This document shows, piece after piece, positions 54,850-64,000 of a DNA stretch of 64,000 nt (position 1 is its first letter; each line of letters opens with the position of its first letter). The notes below the pieces were generated by a model, which did not search any database, had not been told where the DNA came from, and saw nothing but the letters and a program-made list of their open reading frames with translations. This DNA comes from Escherichia coli (GTDB taxonomy: Bacteria; Pseudomonadota; Gammaproteobacteria; Enterobacterales; Enterobacteriaceae), in assembly GCF_003018235.1 (NCBI RefSeq), contig NZ_CP027437.1. One strand, 5' to 3'. The position numbers and the translations under genes are program-made.

Positions 54850-55887
54850 ATGAACGATGAAATGAAAGGTAAAAGCGGCAAGGTCAAAGTGATGTATGTC
54901 CGCAGTGATGATGATTCTGATAAACGTACCCACAACCCGCGTACCGGGAAAGGGGGCGGGCGTCCAGGAAAATCTCGTGCTGACGGTGGCCGTCGCCCCG
55001 CCCGCGATGACAAACAGAGTCACCCCCGTGACCGCAAGTGGGAAGATTCGCCGTGGCGCACGGTTTCCCGCGCGCCGGGTGATGAGACGCCGGAAAAGGC
55101 CGATCACGGTGGCATCAGTGGTAAAAGTTTTATTGATCCGGAAGTTTTGCGTCGTCAACGTGCGGAAGAAACCCGCGTCTACGGCGAAAACGCCTGTCAG
55201 GCACTGTTCCAGAGCCGTCCGGAAGCGATTGTTCGCGCCTGGTTTATCCAGAGTGTAACGCCGCGTTTTAAAGAAGCCTTGCGCTGGATGGCAGCAAACC
55301 GCAAAGCGTACCATGTGGTAGATGAAGCGGAACTGACAAAAGCGTCAGGCACGGAACATCACGGCGGCGTTTGCTTCCTGATCAAAAAGCGTAATGGTAC
55401 AACCGTGCAGCAGTGGGTAAGCCAGGCAGGCGCGCAGGATTGTGTACTGGCGCTGGAAAACGAATCTAACCCGCATAACCTGGGCGGCATGATGCGTAGC
55501 TGTGCGCACTTCGGCGTGAAAGGTGTTGTGGTGCAGGATGCAGCACTGCTGGAGTCTGGGGCGGCTATCCGTACCGCAGAAGGCGGCGCAGAGCACGTTC
55601 AGCCGATTACTGGCGACAACATTGTTAACGTGCTGGATGATTTCCGTCAGGCGGGTTACACCGTAGTGACAACTTCCAGCGAGCAGGGGAAACCGCTGTT
55701 CAAAACCAGCCTGCCAGCGAAAATGGTACTGGTGCTGGGTCAGGAATATGAAGGGTTACCGGATGCCGCACGCGATCCGAACGATCTGCGCGTGAAGATT
55801 GACGGTACGGGCAACGTTGCCGGGCTGAATATCTCTGTTGCAACCGGCGTTTTGCTTGGTGAATGGTGGCGTCAGAATAAAGCCTGA
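54850..55887 (+). CDS. yfiF: SpoU-family RNA methyltransferase YfiF
   Basis: 345 aa from [12 protein letters not shown]; basic N-terminus, SpoU/TrmH-like C-terminus. Confidence 0.9.
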   Translation: MNDEMKGKSGKVKVMYVRSDDDSDKRTHNPRTGKGGGRPGKSRADGGRRPARDDKQSHPRDRKWEDSPWRTVSRAPGDETPEKADHGGISGKSFIDPEVLRRQRAEETRVYGENACQALFQSRPEAIVRAWFIQSVTPRFKEALRWMAANRKAYHVVDEAELTKASGTEHHGGVCFLIKKRNGTTVQQWVSQAGAQDCVLALENESNPHNLGGMMRSCAHFGVKGVVVQDAALLESGAAIRTAEGGAEHVQPITGDNIVNVLDDFRQAGYTVVTTSSEQGKPLFKTSLPAKMVLVLGQEYEGLPDAARDPNDLRVKIDGTGNVAGLNISVATGVLLGEWWRQNKA

Positions 55888-55934
55888 TAAATCAGCCGGG
55901 TGGCAACTCTGCCATCCGGCATTTTCCCGCAAAT

Positions 55935-56624
55935 TTACTCACTCTCTGCCGGTAATACTGGCATCCAGTCAATCGGCGTCTCGCCATGTTGTTCCAGCCA
56001 CTGATTTGCCAGCACAAAATGGTTACAGCCAAAGAATCCACGATGCGCAGAAAGCGGTGACGGATGCGGTGCTTTCAGTACGTGATGGCGTTGCTTATCT
56101 ATAATCGCCCCTTTCTTTTGCGCATGCGATCCCCACAACAAAAACACCACGCCTTCGCGATGCTGGTTAATCAGGCTGATGACTTTATCAGTAAACGTCT
56201 CCCAACCGAGGCTGGCATGGGAATGCGCCTGACCTGCGCGAACCGTCAACACAGTATTGAGTAGCAGAACGCCCTGACGCGCCCAGCTTTCAAGATAACC
56301 ATGATTAGGGCGGGTGAAACCGGGAATAGTATTTTCCAGCTCTTTATACATATTCAGCAGTGACGGCGGTGTCGCAATGCCGGGGCGAACGGAAAATGCC
56401 AGACCATGCGCCTGTCCCGGTCCGTGATAAGGATCCTGGCCGAGAATCACCACTTTAACGTCACCCAACTCGGTAAAGCGGAACGCGTTAAAGACATCTT
56501 TTTGTGGTGGATAGATAGTGACGCCGGACTGCCGCTCGCTGGCGACGGTCTGTAGGGTATTAAGAAAATAGGGTTGTTGCTTCTCTTCAGCCAGCACGTC
56601 ATGCCAGGTTAATTCGTTTGCCAT
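55935..56624 (-). CDS. ung: uracil-DNA glycosylase
   Basis: 229 aa; motifs GQDPYH and HPSPLS. Confidence 0.97.
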   Translation of the reverse strand: MANELTWHDVLAEEKQQPYFLNTLQTVASERQSGVTIYPPQKDVFNAFRFTELGDVKVVILGQDPYHGPGQAHGLAFSVRPGIATPPSLLNMYKELENTIPGFTRPNHGYLESWARQGVLLLNTVLTVRAGQAHSHASLGWETFTDKVISLINQHREGVVFLLWGSHAQKKGAIIDKQRHHVLKAPHPSPLSAHRGFFGCNHFVLANQWLEQHGETPIDWMPVLPAESE

Positions 56625-56927
56625 CTCGCTCTCCCGCGAATCTTCAATCCGCCTAGCTTAACTGCTTCTTTCTACAGAACAAAATCATGCTCATTTTTTA
56701 GACTTAAACGAGTGCAAAAAATGTAAATTGGTAAAATTTCACACCTGCATAAGTTGATGTAAAACAATAAAATCCATTTGCGACCATGCTTGATGTGTGG
56801 TTTTTATTGATTTAAATCAAAGATTCAAGGGTGTTTGAGGAGTATATATACACTCAAGCAACAATGGTTTTACCAATTGGCCGCGACAGGCTGAACAAAT
56901 CAAATAATTTTGCCGGGGAGGCATCAC

Positions 56928-57311
56928 ATGATTACAGGTATCCAGATTACTAAAGCCGCTAACGACGATCTGCTGAACTCTTTCTGGCTGCTGGACAGCG
57001 AAAAAGGCGAAGCGCGTTGCATCGTTGCGAAAGCAGGTTTTGCAGAAGACGAAGTGGTTGCAGTAAGCAAACTGGGTGACATTGAGTACCGTGAAGTTCC
57101 AGTAGAAGTGAAACCAGAAGTTCGCGTTGAAGGTGGTCAACACCTGAACGTAAACGTTCTGCGTCGTGAAACTCTGGAAGATGCAGTTAAGCATCCGGAA
57201 AAATATCCGCAGCTGACCATCCGTGTATCCGGTTATGCAGTTCGCTTTAACTCTCTGACTCCGGAACAGCAGCGCGACGTTATCGCTCGTACCTTTACTG
57301 AAAGCCTGTAA
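56928..57311 (+). CDS. grcA: autonomous glycyl radical cofactor GrcA
   Basis: 127 aa; C-terminal glycyl-radical motif RVSGYAV. Confidence 0.97.
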
Positions 57312-57365
57312 GGCTTAAGTAGCAAGTTACTAAGCGGAAGAGGGCGACCTCTTCCGCTTTTTTCA

Positions 57366-57953
57366 TTAATAGAAAATGCGTACCGCGCAATAGACCAGCA
57401 GCAGCGCGAGCACGATATTTAACTGGCGACCATACTGGCGAAACAATCGCTGAAACAGGTGCCCCGCCAGCGCCCAGCACACATTGCCAAACGTCCCAAT
57501 CATCGCCAGCAAAACGCTGACGCCAATTACCCAGCTTAGCGCCTGCGTTTGCGGCAGGACAAACGTCGACAGTGCTGTAATGCCATACAAAATGATTTTG
57601 ACGTTCACAAACTGCAAAGCAAAGCTGGCCCAAAAACTGATTGGTTTTGTCTGAAGCCCATCTTCCTTTGTTGGACTGGTAGCGATTTTCCACGCCAGCC
57701 AGACAATATATGCCGCCCCCGCCCAACTCAACAGATGCACTGCTACCGGGTCGATAACAGCCAGTGAAAACGAAATGCCCGCGCATAGCAACATGACGAT
57801 TAAAAATCCCAGACTCATCCCTGCCAGCACGCGAGTACTCTGACGAAATCCGTGCGTTGTGGCTGAGCTAAGGGCGAGAATATTGTTCGGTCCTGGCGTC
57901 ATGGCGGTAATCAGGGTGTAAGTCCAAAAAGCACTTAAAAGGGTCGGTGTCAC
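57366..57953 (-). CDS. eamB: cysteine/O-acetylserine exporter EamB (LysE family)
   Basis: 195 aa, multi-TM; synteny. Confidence 0.93.
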   Translation of the reverse strand: MTPTLLSAFWTYTLITAMTPGPNNILALSSATTHGFRQSTRVLAGMSLGFLIVMLLCAGISFSLAVIDPVAVHLLSWAGAAYIVWLAWKIATSPTKEDGLQTKPISFWASFALQFVNVKIILYGITALSTFVLPQTQALSWVIGVSVLLAMIGTFGNVCWALAGHLFQRLFRQYGRQLNIVLALLLVYCAVRIFY

Positions 57954-58055
57954 TTGTTATCTCCTCTGTTTTGGTAGACAGTACCCGACACGGAATATTT
58001 AAAAAAATGAATGTTTTTACATTCTAAATTCGATATTTTCGATAGGTTTGGGGTT

Positions 58056-58937
58056 ATGGATCTGCGCCGTTTTATTACGCTTAAAACCGTGGTGGAAGAG
58101 GGTTCCTTTTTGCGAGCTTCGCAAAAATTGTGCTGCACACAATCGACGGTGACTTTTCATATTCAGCAGCTTGAGCAGGAGTTCTCAGTACAGTTATTTG
58201 AGAAAATTGGTCGACGAATGTGCCTTACCCGCGAAGGAAAAAAGCTGCTGCCGCACATTTATGAACTTACCCGAGTGATGGATACCCTTCGTGAGGCTGC
58301 CAAAAAAGAGTCGGATCCGGACGGGGAACTACGCGTTGTTTCAGGCGAAACGTTGCTTTCTTACCGAATGCCGCAGGTGTTGCAGCGTTTTCGGCAACGC
58401 GCACCAAAAGTGCGTTTATCGTTGCAGTCTCTGAACTGTTACGTGATCCGTGATGCGCTACTGAATGATGAGGCTGATGTCGGCGTCTTTTACCGCGTAG
58501 GGAATGATGATGCTCTAAACCGACGAGAATTGGGTGAGCAATCGCTGGTGCTGGTAGCTTCACCGCAAATTGCAGATGTCGATTTTACTGAGCCGGGAAG
58601 ACATAACGCCTGTAGCTTTATTATCAACGAACCGCAATGTGTATTCCGGCAGATATTTGAGAGCACGCTGCGCCAGCGGCGGATCACGGTGGAAAACACC
58701 ATTGAGCTGTTAAGCATTGAAAGTATCAAACGTTGTGTCGCGGCGAATATCGGGGTCAGCTACCTGCCGCGCTTTGCGGTAGCAAAAGAATTGGCGAGCG
58801 GCGAGTTAATCGAATTGCCTTTTGGCGAACAGTCGCAGACGATTACAGCAATGTGCGCACACCATGCTGGAAAAGCGGTTAGCCCGGCGATGCACACTTT
58901 TATTCAGTGTGTTGAAGAGTGTTTTTTGCCGGGATAA
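58056..58937 (+). CDS. yfiE: LysR-family transcriptional regulator YfiE
   Basis: 293 aa from MDLRRFITLKTVVEEGSFLRAS (LysR HTH). Confidence 0.92.
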   Translation: MDLRRFITLKTVVEEGSFLRASQKLCCTQSTVTFHIQQLEQEFSVQLFEKIGRRMCLTREGKKLLPHIYELTRVMDTLREAAKKESDPDGELRVVSGETLLSYRMPQVLQRFRQRAPKVRLSLQSLNCYVIRDALLNDEADVGVFYRVGNDDALNRRELGEQSLVLVASPQIADVDFTEPGRHNACSFIINEPQCVFRQIFESTLRQRRITVENTIELLSIESIKRCVAANIGVSYLPRFAVAKELASGELIELPFGEQSQTITAMCAHHAGKAVSPAMHTFIQCVEECFLPG

Positions 58938-58969
58938 AAATAATGCCGGGCTTAAACCCGGCATTGAGA

Positions 58970-60304
58970 TTACTCTTCTGTCGTTTGCGGTGGCACGCCC
59001 GTTCCGCTCGGTTTACGGCGCTTACCAATATTTTTGGTGTCGCGATGGCGTTTTTTCACCCGCGGCTTCTCTTTCTCTTTAGCTTTTTTCTTCTCGGCGC
59101 GTTTTGCCAGTACTTTCTTCGATGGCTTGCCGGTTTGCTTCTCGCTTGGCGCACGCGTTTTCGGGCGTAACTCATCAATTACACGAGCTTTAATTGGCTC
59201 TTCAATATAGCGACCAACTTTGCCCAGCAGCAGATGGTCATGGGCTTCTACCAGCGAAATTGCGGTGCCTTTACGACCGGCGCGCGCGGTACGTCCGATA
59301 CGGTGCAAATAAGTATCACCACTGCGCGGCATATCGAAGTTAAAGACGTGGCTGACATCAGGAATGTCGATACCGCGTGCAGCAACATCGGTGGCAACCA
59401 GTACGTTTACGCGGCCTTCGGTCAAACGCTTGATCGCTTCGTTACGCTTGCCTTGTACCATCTCACCTTCGAGATAGCAGTTGTTGATGCCCGCTTCGCG
59501 CAGCCAGTTTGCCAGCTCATGCACACGCTCACGCTTACGCACAAACACAATTGAGCGGGTCGCTTCCGGCTGTTTTAACAGATGCACCAGCAATGCGGTT
59601 TTATGTTCCAGGTCATCGGCGCGGTAATACCACTGATGAATTTTTTTGCGCTCACGGGTGGACGGATTGGCAGAAACCTCCACCGGATCTTCCAGCAGAC
59701 GCTCGGCAAAGTCTTGAATCGCATCGCCTTCCAGAGTTGCCGAAAAGAGCAGGGTCTGTTTACGCCAGCGCGTTTCGCCAGCAATATGTTCGATATCCTG
59801 AGCGAAGCCCATATCCAGCATACGGTCTGCTTCGTCGAGGATCAGCGTTTCAACCGCGCGGCAATCGAAGTTCTCTTCTTTTATGTATTGCAGCAGACGT
59901 CCGGTCGTGGCGACCACGATGTCCTGATTTTCGCTGAACACTTCCGCGTGGTTCATATAGGCTACGCCGCCGGTGATGGTGGCAATATCCAGATGCGTAT
60001 GTTTCGCCAGTTCGCGGGCATGATCGGCTACCTGCATCGCCAGCTCGCGAGTTGGGGTGAGGATCAAAATACGCGGCGGACCGGATTTCTTACGTGGGAA
60101 ATCGAGCAGGTGCTGCAACGCTGGCAGCAGATACGCCGCCGTTTTACCGGTGCCTGTCGGCGCAGAACCGAGTACATCACGGCCATCGAGCGCAGGCGGA
60201 ATGGCGGCAGCCTGAATGGCGGTCGGGCGAGTGAAACCTTTATCCTGGAGGGCTTCCAGCAGGCTTTCGTCGAGTTCAAGTTCGGAAAAAGTCGTTACAG
60301 TCAT
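58970..60304 (-). CDS. srmB: ATP-dependent RNA helicase SrmB (DEAD-box)
   Basis: 444 aa; motifs [25 protein letters not shown]. Confidence 0.97.
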   Translation of the reverse strand: MTVTTFSELELDESLLEALQDKGFTRPTAIQAAAIPPALDGRDVLGSAPTGTGKTAAYLLPALQHLLDFPRKKSGPPRILILTPTRELAMQVADHARELAKHTHLDIATITGGVAYMNHAEVFSENQDIVVATTGRLLQYIKEENFDCRAVETLILDEADRMLDMGFAQDIEHIAGETRWRKQTLLFSATLEGDAIQDFAERLLEDPVEVSANPSTRERKKIHQWYYRADDLEHKTALLVHLLKQPEATRSIVFVRKRERVHELANWLREAGINNCYLEGEMVQGKRNEAIKRLTEGRVNVLVATDVAARGIDIPDVSHVFNFDMPRSGDTYLHRIGRTARAGRKGTAISLVEAHDHLLLGKVGRYIEEPIKARVIDELRPKTRAPSEKQTGKPSKKVLAKRAEKKKAKEKEKPRVKKRHRDTKNIGKRRKPSGTGVPPQTTEE

Positions 60305-60435
60305 GTTCTACCTCTGTGTGGGGCGCTGATTATAGACGTTACGGCTGCAATCTTCATCTGTTTGTATGGATATCGCTTCTCGGGTATTGTTCTCACCCGG
60401 TGCTATCGCCGTTTTTCCTGCAAGGTTTTATTTTC

Positions 60436-62789
<2,354 letters not shown>

Positions 62790-63077
62790 TTAATTTACTA
62801 AACACGGTTTGGTCAGCATAGCATCATGTTGTGCGATTAAACACCTGCTATTTTAATATTTGTTACAGTGGCTAAACACGCTGACGCAGGGCGGCGAGAA
62901 AAAGAGAAGTTACTGGCTGGTGGAGGATTAGGTGGTGAAATAAAAAGGCCGTTGGGTTACTCTTCAGGCAGTTAAATGGGCATTTCTACACAGATAATGC
63001 GATGTTCAGATTCTGTAGACTTATAATGATAGATAATGATCCGTCTACAGCATGACAAACAAAAACAGATGCGTTAC

Positions 63078-63105
63078 GGAACTTTACAAAAACGAGACAC
63101 TCTAA
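63078..63105 (+). promoter_or_regulatory. sigmaE-dependent rpoE promoter (GGAACTT, 16 nt, TCTAA)
   Basis: Exact match to sigmaE consensus hexamers and spacing. Confidence 0.8.
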
Positions 63106-63187
63106 CCCTTTGCTTGCTCAAATTGCAGCTAATGGAGTGGCGTTTCGATAGCGCGTGGAAATTTGGTTTGGGGAGACTTTACCTCGG

Positions 63188-63763
63188 ATGAGCGAGCAGT
63201 TAACGGACCAGGTCCTGGTTGAACGGGTCCAGAAGGGAGATCAGAAAGCCTTTAACTTACTGGTAGTGCGCTATCAGCATAAAGTGGCGAGTCTGGTTTC
63301 CCGCTATGTGCCGTCGGGTGATGTTCCCGATGTGGTACAAGAAGCTTTTATTAAAGCCTATCGTGCGCTGGATTCGTTCCGGGGAGATAGCGCTTTTTAT
63401 ACATGGCTGTATCGGATTGCTGTAAATACAGCGAAAAATTACCTGGTTGCTCAGGGGCGTCGTCCACCTTCCAGTGATGTGGATGCCATTGAAGCTGAAA
63501 ACTTCGAAAGTGGCGGCGCGTTGAAAGAAATTTCGAACCCTGAGAACTTAATGTTGTCAGAAGAACTGAGACAGATAGTTTTCCGAACTATTGAGTCCCT
63601 CCCGGAAGATTTACGCATGGCAATAACCTTGCGGGAGCTGGATGGCCTGAGCTATGAAGAGATAGCCGCTATCATGGATTGTCCGGTAGGTACGGTGCGT
63701 TCACGTATCTTCCGAGCGAGGGAAGCTATTGATAACAAAGTTCAACCGCTTATCAGGCGTTGA
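63188..63763 (+). CDS. rpoE: RNA polymerase sigma factor sigmaE
   Basis: 191 aa from MSEQLTDQVLVERVQKGDQKAFNLLV. Confidence 0.98.
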   Translation: MSEQLTDQVLVERVQKGDQKAFNLLVVRYQHKVASLVSRYVPSGDVPDVVQEAFIKAYRALDSFRGDSAFYTWLYRIAVNTAKNYLVAQGRRPPSSDVDAIEAENFESGGALKEISNPENLMLSEELRQIVFRTIESLPEDLRMAITLRELDGLSYEEIAAIMDCPVGTVRSRIFRAREAIDNKVQPLIRR

Positions 63764-63795
63764 CGATAGCGGGATACTGGATAAGGGTATTAGGC

Positions 63796-64000
63796 ATGCA
63801 GAAAGAACAACTTTCCGCTTTAATGGATGGCGAAACGCTGGATAGTGAGCTGCTTAACGAACTGGCTCATAACCCAGAAATGCAGAAAACCTGGGAAAGC
63901 TATCACTTAATCCGTGACTCAATGCGGGGTGATACTCCCGAGGTGCTCCATTTCGATATCTCTTCACGCGTGATGGCCGCCATTGAAGAAGAGCCAGTAC
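63796..64000 (+). CDS. rseA: anti-sigmaE factor RseA (5-prime partial, runs off window)
   Basis: MQKEQLSALMDGETLDSELLNELAHNPEMQKTWESYHLIRDSMRGD matches RseA N-terminus. Confidence 0.95.
   Translation, partial: MQKEQLSALMDGETLDSELLNELAHNPEMQKTWESYHLIRDSMRGDTPEVLHFDISSRVMAAIEEEPV

Overview
E. coli-type chromosomal window in two parts. (1) Positions 1 to about 35,900 are the right-hand portion of a mosaic lambdoid prophage, read early to late: an HUH rolling-circle replication gene (P2 gpA-like), a tightly packed three-gene cassette ending in a candidate Q-type antiterminator with a promoter/terminator pair, a small wHTH protein, an orphan DNA methyltransferase, a tRNA cluster (degenerate CAT-anticodon tRNA fragment, tRNA-Arg UCU, glyT-like tRNA-Gly UCC), a sialate O-acetylesterase-like gene in the position Stx phages use for stxAB (no toxin genes present), a phage-21-type lysis cassette (dual-start holin, SAR endolysin, Rz/Rz1) with an extra gene between holin and endolysin, a cos region, lambda-like terminase and portal, a ClpP-protease/capsid fusion, and an almost lambda-identical tail module (V, G/GT frameshift, H, M, L, K, I, J, lom, collagen-like side tail fibre). 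The prophage ends with a hok-like type I toxin and a zinc-ribbon/TM2-domain membrane protein next to raiA. No integrase or att site lies in the window. (2) Positions about 35,960 to 64,000 are core chromosome in K-12 synteny (reverse orientation): raiA, bamD, rluD, yfiH, clpB, the rrnG-type rRNA operon (16S, tRNA-Glu, 23S, 5S), kgtP, yfiM, pssA, patZ, yfiP, trxC, yfiF, ung, grcA, eamB, yfiE, srmB, yfiC, nadB, rpoE and the start of rseA. No CRISPR array, transposase or Shiga toxin gene was found. I cannot verify a new system without database searches; the strongest candidates are the holin-endolysin insert split at an A10 tract with a downstream hairpin, the toxin-less Q-to-lysis cargo region, and the hok-like/TM2 pair at the prophage end. 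All protein identities are from motif recognition and recalled homologues, not from searches.
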